A DNA stretch of 63,248 nt, filler included, from Octopus bimaculoides (taxonomy: Eukaryota): assembly GCF_001194135.2 (NCBI RefSeq). It is 8 parts of 7 records of this genome, joined end to end, with 100 filler letters (N's around TTAATTAATTAA, not from the genome) between each part and the next. Parts side by side here need not be neighbours in the genome. Positions count along the whole stretch, not along the records: positions 51,424 to 56,655 come from NC_068993.1; positions 56,756 to 57,963 come from NW_026344941.1; positions 58,064 to 59,214 come from NC_068984.1; positions 59,315 to 61,048 come from NW_026300886.1; positions 61,149 to 63,248 come from NC_068997.1; 3 more parts are not named here. One strand, 5' to 3'. Shown here in pieces: positions 51,856 to 63,248 of the stretch. The notes beneath the pieces are model-generated. The model was not told the origin of the DNA, searched no databases, and was given only the letters and a program-made list of their open reading frames with translations. Numbering within the stretch: the first letter of the stretch is position 1; every line of letters starts with the position of its first letter. A program made the position numbers and the translations under genes.

Positions 51856-53536
51856 ATCGATTAAAGCGGCAGCACATTAAAACTTTATCAAACATATCAC
51901 TTAGCTTGATCTGCTTTAATTCGGTTATAGAATAATTAGTGATGGACATCATAACTATTTGGAGGATAAATCTAGAATATAGTTTCATGGGAATTGTTTT
52001 GTATTTGGCAGTGATCTGTACTGAGACCGAAGGCTTATCTTTATTTCAATGAAAAAAATCATAACTTTTGTTTCTTTACACTCTTGCGCATATTTATTTC
52101 TTAAATATTCTTAATGACTATCATAGGACTTCAACATAAAAGTGTAATATTTACTTTAAAAGGGTGGAAAAGAATTGCAATTATTAAAATTTTGAAATAC
52201 AATAAGAAAATATAATATAAAAAAATTTAAATTTATATTATGGTCTAAGGGAGGGAATCCTGTGACAATGTTAAAGTATCTTCCCTTGAAAACTCCGGCC
52301 TCGGAATCATAATTGCTACGACGCTGATAACAAATCGTTTATGTATCTCTGTTCGTTATGTATATTATGTATGTATGTAAACATGTTTAAATACATATAT
52401 ATATACAACAAGTATATATATATACATATATATATATCGTTTGTAGAAAACATAAATTCGAAAGAAGAAGAGCGCACTCTAAGATGTAGAGCAGTGTATA
52501 TATANNNNNNNNNNNNNNNNNNNNNNNNNNNNNNNNNNNNNNNNNNNNNNNNNNNNNNNNNNNNNNNNNNNNNNNNNNNNNNNNNNNNNNNNNNNNNNNN
52601 NNNNNNNNNNNNNNNNNNNNNNNNNNNNNNNNNNNNNNNNNNNNNNNNNNNNNNNNNNNNNNNNNNNNNNNNNNNNNNNNNNNNNNNNNNNNNNNNNNNN
52701 NNNNNNNNNNNNNNNNNNNNNNNNNNNNNNNNNNNNNNNNNNNNNNNNNNNNNNNNNNNNNNNNNNNNNNNNNNNNNNNNNNNNNNNNNNNNNNNNNNNN
52801 NNNNNNNNNNNNNNNNNNNNNNNNNNNNNNNNNNNNNNNNNNNNNNNNNNNNNNNNNNNNNNNNNNNNNNNNNNNNNNNNNNNNNNNNNNNNNNNNNNNN
52901 NNNNNNNNNNNNNNNNNNNNNNNNNNNNNNNNNNNNNNNNNNNNNNNNNNNNNNNNNNNNNNNNNNNNNNNNNNNNNNNNNNNNNNNNNNNNNNNNNNNN
53001 NNNNNNNNNNNNNNNNNNNNNNNNNNNNNNNNNNNNNNNNNNNNNNNNNNNNNNNNNNNNNNNNNNNNNNNNNNNNNNNNNNNNNNNNNNNNNNNNNNNN
53101 NNNNNNNNNNNNNNNNNNNNNNNNNNNNNNNNNNNNNNNNNNNNNNNNNNNNNNNNNNNNNNNNNNNNNNNNNNNNNNNNNNNNNNNNNNNNNNNNNNNN
53201 NNNNNNNNNNNNNNNNNNNNNNNNNNNNNNNNNNNNNNNNNNNNNNNNNNNNNNNNNNNNNNNNNNNNNNNNNNNNNNNNNNNNNNNNNNNNNNNNNNNN
53301 NNNNNNNNNNNNNNNNNNNNNNNNNNNNNNNNNNNNNNNNNNNNNNNNNNNNNNNNNNNNNNNNNNNNNNNNNNNNNNNNNNNNNNNNNNNNNNNNNNNN
53401 NNNNNNNNNNNNNNNNNNNNNNNNNNNNNNNNNNNNNNNNNNNNNNATATCATGGCAAAAAATGTTCATGAGGCTAGCGTTGTTCAGCTCTCCTTTATAA
53501 GGAAACGAAAAAGAGTGTTTTGGAGAAGGCTGTGAC

Positions 53537-53612
53537 TCCAAGACCTTCCCCATCTCCAAGACCTTCCCCATCTCCAAGACCTTCCCCATCTCCAAGACCT
53601 TCCCCATCTCCA
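53537..53612. repeat. 18-bp minisatellite x4
   Basis: tccaagaccttccccatc repeated four times perfectly. Confidence 0.95.
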
Positions 53613-54697
53613 GTTATCTGTGGTGGCTCCCTGTCCATGATATTCTATTTGATATTGGGTATGTCATTCCGCCGGTCACTGTATTTCTAGATGAAGCGGG
53701 ATCGGGAAATGGAAATTTTTTTATTCCTGTAATTGAAGGGTATACCCCTCTTTAAAACCGCAATTGCACACCATGTCTCTGCGTGACACTACACATAGTC
53801 TTCAACGTTTATATCTTTATATAACAGATGTTATTCGGAATCATCATGTTTTTATCAATTGCTTTATGTTCTGCGATCATGCTGAGTCACTGTTTTGAAG
53901 AATGGGAGTAGGTTAAGTAATCGATCCTGTATCCATTTTGTGTTAACTTTTGGGGACGATTGTGACCCAGTGGTGGATGGACGAACACAAAGGCTCAAAC
54001 ATAAGTACATATACACACTTACATTTTGGTCGTATTCCACACAACTTCTGTCCAAAAAATTCGCTCGTAAGCGTTTGGTTGACCAAAGGATATAGTACAG
54101 TACACTTACCCAAGCTGACGCTCTGCGGGACTAAATTCGAAGCCACTATATATAGATTACATCTATTCCAGTTTATTGAATAGTCTAGCTTGTGAAATGA
54201 TTATTTCCTCAATATCATTGTTAATAGATCATTCTTTCAGGTGATAGGGCTAATTAGGTAATTTGTCTGCATTTCAGCGTGTCTAAAGTATCAATTATGG
54301 TCAAACTACCACAACTCAATTTTCAGTCAGTGTTATCCTATAATGTTTGTATTATATTGCGTGACTAAGTATATCTAGTGTATTTGTCTTTAATTGCTCT
54401 AGCACTCATCTAACATCATTTGATACTCCAGAGTGCTTAATAACCATGCTGCACTTCTGAGAATTAGGAAATAAATTCCAATATTCGGTTGATACAATTT
54501 CAATAATAACAAAGATACATTGAGTGATTTTACATCATCAAGCTTGCACTTCGCTACTTTCCTTTCTTTCTTTGATGCTGCATGAAAACAAAACTGGAAA
54601 CAACTTACTTTTGACAAATTAGATATTTCATTTCTTTGAGACCTGGAAACAAAGTGTCGCGGAAATACTCTGGGTTTACAAACACATGCTTAAATAT

Positions 54698-54908
54698 TCT
54701 TTTCTACTCTAGAAACAAGGCCCGACATTTTTGGGGAGGGGGCCAGTCGATTAGATCAGCTACAGTACGCAACTGGTACTTAATTTATAGACCCCGAAAA
54801 AATGAAAGGCAAAGTTGACGTCGGCGGAATTTGAACACAGAACATAAAAACAGACGAAATACGCTACGTATTTCGCTCGGCATGCAAATGTTTCTGCTAG
54901 CTCGCCGC
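54698..54908 (-). mobile_element. SINE family A, full length with TSD
   Basis: Flanked by tgcttaaatatt on both sides. Confidence 0.88.
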
Positions 54909-55285
54909 GTGCTTAAATATTAAATAAATGATTTTACCTATGGTATTGAAAAATCACATAGTTACGAAGCGTTGTTCTCAACCATACAACTACATCCAGG
55001 CTATATTAAATGATATTTCATGTAACTACATATCGATAAACAGTCAAAGCTCAAAGGATCGTTGTTTTGGGTTCAATCATGTTGTGCAGTATCCTGGGTA
55101 AGTCTCCTCTGCGAGGAAACTTATGGTGGATTATGCTTGTCCCTCATGACCTCTTGACGACCACTTTGTTTGATTATGACCACGTAACTTAGCGATGCAG
55201 CATAGGAAACTGATAGAACACATACCAAGATTAAAAGAAAGTTCTGGGGTCGATTTTTTCTTCTAAAACTTTTCAAAGCAGTCAG

Positions 55286-55447
55286 AGGTGGCGGGTGGTA
55301 AGGAGTTTGCTTCCCAACCACATGGTTCCAGACTCAGTCCCACTGCATAGCACCTTGGCCGAGTACTTTCTACTATAGCGTAGACCTGGTCAAGACCTTG
55401 TGAGTGGATTTGGTAGACACAGAGACTGAAAGATATCCGTCGTATAT
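55286..55447 (+). mobile_element. SINE family B head
   Basis: gggtggtaaggagtttgcttcccaaccacatggttcc...gtgagtggatttggtagac. Confidence 0.8.
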
Positions 55448-55480
<33 letters not shown>

Positions 55481-55589
55481 TATATATANNNNNNNNNNNN
55501 NNNNNNNNNNNNNNNNNNNNNNNNNNNNNNNNNNNNNNNNNNNNNNNNNNNNNNNNNNNNNNNNNNNNNNNNNNNNNNNNNNNNNNNNA

Positions 55590-55640
55590 ACCTGGAACCA
55601 TGAGGTTGGGAAGCAAGCTTCTTACCACACAGCCACGCCA
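55590..55640 (-). mobile_element. SINE family B head fragment
   Basis: cctggaaccatgaggttgggaagcaagcttcttaccacacagccac. Confidence 0.7.
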
Positions 55641-56198
55641 TACATATATAATGTACGTGTATGTATACATACACATTCATAGTATGCTCATATGTATGTC
55701 TGTTACTGCGCTTTTGCGCGTGTTGTATGTAGAACAGATATAGAAAAAAAGATCAATTCAAGTATGACAGGATATGGTTAGACTTCTGACATGTAACATT
55801 TTACAAGAACTGGCATCTCGTTTCCATATATTCTTCACACCAGTTATTTGTTCACACACACGCGTGCACGGATGTATGTGTGTATGTGTGTATTCACCTA
55901 TATGCTTGTGTATTAGTGTGTGTATGCGCGTATGTCAGCCGCTCATCATTGTCTATCTTTATAGCACTTTCTGAATCAGCCTATGTATTCTGCCTGCCCA
56001 TCTGTTCATGTCGATATAAATGTACGCCTGTGAAATCACAATAAGAGCGTTTTCATAACATGTTATCGTCTTCTTTTTACGTCAGCCTTTCATACATTGC
56101 TTGCCAACAACCATACGTTTACACGCACAGGCGTTTCGACACGAGTGCTGTATGTGTGTATATATATATATGTAAGCATGACTGTATGCATGTGAGTA

Positions 56199-56261
<63 letters not shown>

Positions 56262-56789
56262 GTTTCTATGTATGTGTGCCTACTTGCGCATGCATAGACA
56301 AGTATATAAAGATGCATACGTACATGTGTGTGCAAGTATTATGTGCAAGTGCACTCTTGCTGCATAGTCACAGTAATCAACTGCCTTTTACCCCACTTAC
56401 AACCAGCTTCAGGTGAGAAATACGAACTCTTAGTCTGATCTAACGTCGATGTATTATTTACATGTTGTTACAGCCTTCGGCGTTGGATCAACTGCTGGGT
56501 AAGTGACCTTTTTTTTAACATGCGCGCACACATGCGTACACTCACCCATGTACATATAGAGACACACACACATACACGCACATACATGTATGTTCATATG
56601 TATGTATTTATGTGTGTATGTTTCTTCATATAAATATATGTATATATATATATATNNNNNNNNNNNNNNNNNNNNNNNNNNNNNNNNNNNNNNNNNNNNT
56701 TAATTAATTAANNNNNNNNNNNNNNNNNNNNNNNNNNNNNNNNNNNNNNNNNNNNATATACACATATATATAGGACAGATATCATACTC

Positions 56790-57350
56790 GATTAGATTCC
56801 AAAATAACACAAGTGGATTTATCATGATTTGAACTACTTACCTCGTATTCGTGGAAACGGGAATTCACAACAAATTCCATCTCATTAAATCGGTAAATCA
56901 TTCCATATCCGAAAATCTAAGAATGGAGATATTGAAGAAAAATATATACGTGTCTAAAGAGAATTTATCGAAAAATACGACGTGTTGTCAATGATACTAC
57001 ACGTTTGTGTATGAAGTTTGCTGATAAGGTCCAATAAGGCAGACACATAACTGGTTTTATTTCCCTTACAAAAAAAAAAAACAGTTCTGCTTTGTTGATG
57101 AAGTCTAATATGGTAAAAACACAATAGAATTTATCTTCTTTCCAAAAAGGTTAGTTATAGTTCGCTGACGAAGTTCAATGAAGCAGAAACAGGGCTGGAA
57201 TTATCTCTCATACAATGATAAGTTCTCTGATTAGGTCCAGTGCAGAAAGAATACGAATGAATTTATCTCCTTTACAAAAATCAGTTCAACTTCACTGTTG
57301 AGGTCCAAAGAAGCAAAAACCCAACGTGATTTACCTCCCTTATAAAGACC
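56790..57350 (+). mobile_element. Possible Penelope-like 3' remnant followed by ~5 tandem ~70-bp hammerhead-like repeats
   Basis: REFIEKYD at ~56958-56981 resembles the GIY-YIG-terminal FI.KY.P.LN motif. Five decayed units follow, of the form (c/t)tga(t/c)ga-ggtcc-aat...gaaac...aatttatctcc.tacaaaa. Confidence 0.45.
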
Positions 57351-57472
57351 AATCAAAAATAGACTGCTATACAGTGAAAGTCTCTTTAGCTACAATGGTG
57401 ACAACACTACCTATCTATATTTCACACCTTTATACCTCTCTCTCTCTCTCTCTCTGTCTGTCTGTCTGTCTG

Positions 57473-57525
<53 letters not shown>

Positions 57526-57626
57526 CTCTCTCCTATCATTATAGTGAAAGTCTATTTTTTAAAGTATGTATTGTGTTGTCTCTATGTTGAAAGACATACA
57601 GAAACATACACACACAGAAACGCACG

Positions 57627-57662
<36 letters not shown>

Positions 57663-57720
57663 TTCTCTCTTTCTCTCTCTACACACACGTACACACGCTC
57701 CACACACACGTACACACGCT

Positions 57721-57774
<54 letters not shown>

Positions 57775-57801
57775 CCACAAACAACTATCCATATTTTTAT
57801 A

Positions 57802-57923
57802 TCTTTTATTCTTTTACTTGTTTCAGTCATTCGACTACGGCCATGCTGGAGCACTACCTTGAAGGATTTTAGCCGAACAAATGACCTCAGGACTTATTTC
57901 TTTTAAGCTTGGTACTTATTCTA
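57802..57923 (-). mobile_element. SINE family B 3' fragment
   Basis: cttttacttgtttcagtcattcgactacggccatgctggagcac. Confidence 0.8.
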
Positions 57924-58069
57924 CATACATACATACATACATACATACATACATACATACATANNNNNNNNNNNNNNNNNNNNNNNNNNNNNNNNNNNNN
58001 NNNNNNNTTAATTAATTAANNNNNNNNNNNNNNNNNNNNNNNNNNNNNNNNNNNNNNNNNNNNCACACG

Positions 58070-58106
<37 letters not shown>

Positions 58107-58340
58107 TTATACACGCACTAACATATCATATAAAATTTTTCTATTCATACGCATAAAGTGAGATATCAAATGTATCTAGAGAAATTGAAAGTTACATTAG
58201 AAATAGTCAATGCACTCACTTTCACCCACTTTCACTTACCCACTTTCATTCACTCTCTCACTCATTCACTCACTCATACACACCTGTTGAGTCACTCATA
58301 CAACCACTCAGAGTTTCTCCTCATTCCTTTCTTTCTCTCT

Positions 58341-58374
<34 letters not shown>

Positions 58375-58651
58375 TGTGTGCGAGAGAGAGAGCACACACA
58401 CACATTCATACACACACACACGCACATATGCATAGACAAAAAACCGCATACCCAGATATGAGCGCTGGCCCATTAGCAAAATGGTTGAACGCTATACAAA
58501 ATGTCTTGACCGTCTTTAATAATGTCACTTTAAAACAGAGATCAAATCATGCAATATTTGACTTAACTTTTCCATTACTGGCGTTGTTTTAATCATCTAA
58601 ACCTCTCCTCACAAATGTTGACATTTTTCTTATGTTCAACATGATTATTAT

Positions 58652-58786
58652 CTTGGCAGAACCAGTAGAACGCCAGACGAAATATCTTGTGGTATTAAGT
58701 TATGTTTCTTTGCGCTCTGAGTTCAAATCTGGCCATGATTGGCGTTATTTTTCATCTTACTGAGTCCGATATGATAAATACCAGTT
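58652..58786 (+). mobile_element. SINE family A-related, diverged
   Basis: ttggcagaacc...gctctgagttcaaatc...aaataccagtt. Confidence 0.6.
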
Positions 58787-58877
58787 AAGAATTTATTGGC
58801 TTGTACCTATATTGTTTTTGTTGTATCTCAGGAGAGTCAATATGAATAATAAACACACGCACTGTTTCTATTTCACT

Positions 58878-59214
58878 TGTTACCTCCGCCTTCGCTAAGG
58901 TGGAAGTATTGTTTTTACTCGTTCTTGTTTGCTTGTTTGTTCGTGAACAAGATATCCCAAGAACCGCTGGATGGATTCGGATGAAACTTTCAGGGATGTT
59001 TGGCCTCGTGACTGGCACGAACTGATTAGATTTGGGGATCGATTCGTTACCGGACAAGGGTTCTGGATTATTTTTCCGTTTATTTTTTTACTTAATTTTT
59101 GAGAGCGGTCGGGTTCATTTTCAGCATTCTCGTTTGTGAGAGCAGTCGAGTTTATTTCAGATATTCTCATTTTAAGAATCATCTCCAGCTAATCGTTGAG
59201 AGGACGCTGGTGCT
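58878..59214 (+). mobile_element. Helentron/DINE-1-like non-autonomous element, 5' part
   Basis: Starts ttacctccgcc with hairpin cctccgcctt-cgct-aaggtggaag, then a gtttgcttgtttgtt microsatellite and ggattcggatgaaactttcaggg core. Cut by a gap. Confidence 0.55.
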
Positions 59215-59623
59215 NNNNNNNNNNNNNNNNNNNNNNNNNNNNNNNNNNNNNNNNNNNNTTAATTAATTAANNNNNNNNNNNNNNNNNNNNNNNNNNNNNN
59301 NNNNNNNNNNNNNNCAGTACCAAACCCCCAAGCAAGTAAGTACAGTACCTCTAATTTATTGCTATGAAAGAAATATGAAAGAAATATAACGTTCTGGCTA
59401 ACTTTTCTGATACTGACAGGTTGTATGCTTTGGTTAAAAGGTTTCACTTTCAAAATACTGTTTATAAAAAATTATCGAGTTAATAATTTTTCTTTAAAAC
59501 ACAAAAACAGAAAAGAAAAATATACATTCGTTTTGAAATTTCCTTAGTCAGTTCAGTGAATATGCAAATATGTTTTAGTCACTGACTAAGATGATTTATT
59601 TCTTCCTCCTGCTTTATCTTCAT

Positions 59624-59907
59624 CAGTCGTTCTCAACCTGTCTATATGACCCTTGAGGGTCCGTGTAAGATTCTGTTGTTAAAAATTGTGCTGTAAATCG
59701 GTTATATTTCTACAATGCACAAAACATTTTAGTGCACAAAACATTTTAGTGCACAAAACATTTTAACAATCTTTTTATATAATTCTTAATATCATCTAAT
59801 GATAATAATATAATAGGATCTTTTAAACATCAAATGTTTGTCAGGGTCCACATGAATGAAATAGGAATGAAAATGGTCCATAGACGGAGATTGGTTGAGA
59901 AACACTA
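59624..59907. mobile_element. hAT-like MITE containing a 17-bp x3 tandem repeat
   Basis: TIR cagtcgttctcaacc / ggttgagaaacacta. Internal (gcacaaaacattttagt)x3 at ~59717-59765. Confidence 0.6.
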
Positions 59908-60634
59908 ATTTAAATGAATTGAGATGAGAGTTGACGAAGATGATTTTATTTGGTTTATTTTTGTGGTGTTTATACTCATTTCAGTGTATAGAACTTACAC
60001 AGCCATTATGCATTATTTTCTGATTAATACACACTTGTACGTCTGTTTATGCGCGCGCGCCCGTGTTGATCATTAAGCTTCATCCATGTGTAATGAACAT
60101 CCATGTTGTCATGCAGAATTGTTTGCATTTTTAAAGGGATAAAAAGGGACGAGTCTCTCTTACGAAATGATTTGGGTTTCCAAAAGCAGTTAAAGCAATT
60201 CATCGTTATTGTTTTAACATCCCCTTTTCCATACTTGCATAGGTCAGGCAGGTAGATTAGACCTTGCATCTGTCAGATTTTCTACAGCTCAAAACCTTTT
60301 TTGCTGCCAACCCACTCCTGTCTCCAAGTAAAATAATATTTCCTGACAGCCAGACATGTTTTCACGGGATACTGGAAATGAATAATACGGCTTGTATGAA
60401 AGTGGCACTCATGTATATCAGTCATGCAGTAGCAAGACAAGGAGACATAATCATACACACAATCACACTTGCACACACAAATAGATACAAATACATACAT
60501 GTATGCACATATAAATACATGTATACACACACCCCTCATGTTGCCAGTATCATCAATTACATAAATGTGATCATCGATAAATGTTTACTTAATCATCAGT
60601 TATATATAATTAACATCCATTTATTCGACACTTG

Positions 60635-60845
60635 GGATCTTTTTGGTTTGACGGGCAACACTTGTTTTCTTAACGAAACACTTTCAAACTTGGGACACTG
60701 GTAGAATGTGTCATATAAAACATAAAATTTTTTATCTGTTCTATAACACAAAATATACAAGTATTCGAAGTTTGAAAGTGTTTCAGTACCAAAAACACTA
60801 CATAAAACATAAATGAAAAAGTTGCCCGTCAAACCAAAAAGATCC
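60635..60845. mobile_element. MITE with perfect 25-bp TIRs and 8-bp TSD (Merlin-like)
   Basis: TIR ggatctttttggtttgacgggcaac / gttgcccgtcaaaccaaaaagatcc. TSD gacacttg at 60627-60634 and 60846-60853. Internal IR gaaacactttcaaactt / aagtttgaaagtgtttc. GG termini with 8-bp TSD are typical of Merlin. Confidence 0.85.
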
Positions 60846-60897
60846 GACACTTGTAATAAAAATCAATTTTATTTACATTTTTTTTTTTTTTCACTAG

Positions 60898-61048
60898 GCT
60901 TCAAATGTCCTGAACCTACAGGTCTTTTCCCTGACCCACAAAGCTGCAGACATTTTTATCATTGTGACTGGAATATTGCCTACAGAAAGGATTGCCCAGG
61001 AAACTTGCACTTCAACAATGTCTTGAAAGTGTGTGATTGGCAATACAG
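60898..61048 (+). CDS. Exon encoding a chitin-binding type-2 (CBM14/peritrophin-A) domain; partial gene
   Basis: Strong acceptor (T)n-cactag at 60897 with a phase-1 start. xFKCPEPTGLFPDPQSCRHFYHCDWNIAYRKDCPGNLHFNNVLKVCDWQY shows C-x12-C-x5-C-x9-C-x12-C with conserved aromatics. The sixth Cys is expected in the gap. Confidence 0.88.
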
Positions 61049-61148
61049 NNNNNNNNNNNNNNNNNNNNNNNNNNNNNNNNNNNNNNNNNNNNTTAATTAA
61101 TTAANNNNNNNNNNNNNNNNNNNNNNNNNNNNNNNNNNNNNNNNNNNN

Positions 61149-61508
61149 GCCTTTAGTCGAGCAAATCGACCCCAGGACTTATTCTTTGGAAACCTAGTAC
61201 TTATTCTATCGGTCTCTTTTGCCGAACCGCTAAGTTACGGGGACATAAACCCACCAGCATCGGTTGTCAAGCGATGTTGGGAGGACAAACACAGACATAC
61301 AAACACATACACACACACATATATATATATATATACATATATACGACAGGCTTCTTTCAGTTTCCGTCTACCAAATCCACTCACAAGGCTTTGGTCGGCC
61401 CGAAGCTATAGTAGAAGACACTTGCCCAAGATGCCACGCAGTGGGACTGAACCCGGGACCATGTGGCTGGTAAGTAAGCTACTTACCACACAACCACTCC
61501 TACGCCTA
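61149..61508 (-). mobile_element. SINE family B, near full length
   Basis: Near-identical to 15560-15930. Confidence 0.9.
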
Positions 61509-61514
61509 TATATG

Positions 61515-62400
61515 TGAGAAACCTCAGAGAATGACAAAACGACCATGCTCAAGAATGTATCAACCGACACAGATATGGGAATCAAAGAGCTCACTGAAGG
61601 GGTAGTGTTATTAAAGACGATCAGAAAAAGAAGTACCTTTTAATCGAGATATCGGAACCAACAGACGGCAATGTATCTCAAAAAGAAGAGGAGAAATTAT
61701 TCGAATATTTGTGTTGGCACTCCGTCGCTTACGACGTCGAGGGCTCCAGTTGATCCGATCAACGGAACAGTCTGCTCGTGAAATTAACGTGCAAGTGGCT
61801 GAGCACTCCACAGATACGTGTACCCTTAATGTAGTTCTCGGGGATATTCAGCGTGACACAGTGTGACAAGGCTGACCCTTTGAATTACAGGCACAACAGA
61901 AACAGGAAGTAAGAGTGAGAGAAAGTTGTGGTGGAAGAGTACAGCAGGGTTCGCCACCATCCCCTGCCGGAGCCTCGTGGAGCTTTAGGTGTTTTCGCTC
62001 AATAAACACTCACAACGCCCGGTCTGGGAATCGAAACCGTAATCCTATGACCGTGAGTCCGCTGCCCTAACCACTGGGCCATTGCGCCTCCACTATTCGA
62101 ATATAAGGATCTAGAAATAGAGATAACCATACTGTGGTGACTGAAAACAAACAATTTCTGTGATGAGAAATGCGTTGCCAATGATTGTAAAAATGCAGAC
62201 AAATACATAACCAAAACGACAGGAGTTATTTAAAATATACAGCATGGAGAAAATGGCGCTAGAATTAAACTGCATGCATTTAAGCTTGTGTACTTTTAAT
62301 AAAAAACAGAGACGCAGAACTGAAACAAAATACTGTATATACCCAAAGCACACAGATCTTCGCTCAGAAAATACGCAATATAAATAAGATTAGTGAAATA
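61515..62400 (+). mobile_element. RLE-type (R4/Dong-like) retrotransposon 3' region, split by a SINE
   Basis: SENDKTT..IKDDQKKKYLLIEISEPTDGNVSQKEEEKLFEY | KDLEIEITILW*LKT...ADKYITKT continues across the SINE. The 3' UTR is homologous to 17601-17716. Confidence 0.8.
61710..62092 (-). mobile_element. SINE family E, full length, young-looking, with TSD
   Basis: Head ggaggcgcaatggcccagtggttagggcagcggactc...ggtttcgattcccagacc (A and B boxes). TSD tattcgaatat on both sides. Confidence 0.9.
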
Positions 62401-62980
62401 ATGATACACTTGGAAAAGTCAACAAAAGAATCTTAATGTCATTGACCCTCCATACTAAAACACACCGAACTAGAGACAATATATTTTTAACATCTGCTCA
62501 GCTAAATTTACATAAGGCCGTCGACGATGTCGTCATTGTCATCGTAGTCATCAGCATCATCATCATCAAAATCTTCTTACTCCTCTCCCTCCTTGTCATC
62601 CTCATCAGCATCATCAACTATACAACAAAAAAAAAATACCCAACAAAAACAACTATAACAACAGCCACGGCAGTAACAAAAGACAGCGATATCTACACCA
62701 CCCTCAACATGTGCAGCAATAACAAGTAAAACAAGTGAAGCAACTCTTGCAAATTTTAAACTATTGTCATTTAGTTAAGCCTATTGTCTTTTTTTTTTTG
62801 TTTGTTCTCTCTCTCTCTTCTTCAAAGCAGTGTTTTGAGTACATATTCCCTAAAAACCTTCTCGCAAGTCCACGGTTTGGGTTAGTTGCGAGGTTTGGGG
62901 TTTCAGTGAAGTTGTTAACCTCGTGTGAATGATCTGGCATTCATTAAAGATAGATTTGCTAAAAAACGAGAACAACGAAA

Positions 62981-63044
<64 letters not shown>

Positions 63045-63059
63045 TAATAATAATAATAA

Positions 63060-63098
<39 letters not shown>
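62981..63098. repeat. (TAA)n microsatellite
   Basis: Directly visible. Confidence 0.97.
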
Positions 63099-63100
<2 letters not shown>

Positions 63101-63248
63101 TACCAGGCAGTGGCTCTCATGGCTTCTGATCTTAATTGATTGGAAGTGTTATGTACATTGTTTTGTCTTGGTATAAAAAGATGGGCTACAGCAAATATTC
63201 TGCTTAATACCACAGATTTGCTTGTCAGTTGTTTGACCTTAACCAGTT
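63099..63248 (-). mobile_element. Probable retroelement 3' end whose (ATT)n tail is the adjacent microsatellite
   Basis: Non-repetitive tract ending on the minus strand directly in a long (ATT)n. Family not identified. Confidence 0.35.

Noticed and set aside
55286-55640. Convergent SINE B pairs facing each other across gaps (also 20142-21398)
   Set aside because: Spacing and orientation across scaffold gaps are unreliable, so they are not claimed as dsRNA-forming pairs.
60813-60897. ATG at 60813 as start of the chitin-binding protein
   Set aside because: It lies within the MITE/polypyrimidine tract; no signal peptide; a strong acceptor at 60897 explains the coding part.

Overview
Eukaryotic, AT-rich, microsatellite-dense draft-assembly sequence with many N gaps; seven gaps carry an artificial TTAATTAATTAA spacer. 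The SINE repertoire and repeat load suggest a coleoid cephalopod, probably Octopus (inference, not verified). Almost all ORFs in the supplied track are microsatellite or gap artefacts. The only convincing host coding sequence is one + strand exon (60898-61048) encoding a chitin-binding type-2 (CBM14/peritrophin-A) domain, cut off by a gap; a few upstream exon candidates are weak. The rest is transposon-derived. It includes many tRNA-derived SINEs (about six families, several with target-site duplications), four Tc1/mariner remnants, three fragments of an RLE-type (R4/Dong-like) retrotransposon associated with (TAA)n, RTE/CR1/Penelope-like remnants, and Merlin-like, hAT-like and Helentron-like non-autonomous elements. 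The most interesting signal is a set of type-I hammerhead ribozyme motifs in several small repeat families. The best (11361-11419) has a compensatory U3:A8 core, a bulged helix I and a palindromic helix III. A relative at 41140-41359 begins almost exactly at the predicted cleavage site. A tRNA-headed element (17027-17913) carries a decayed hammerhead, and a decayed tandem hammerhead-like array lies at about 57010-57350. All structures were folded by eye; no searches were run.
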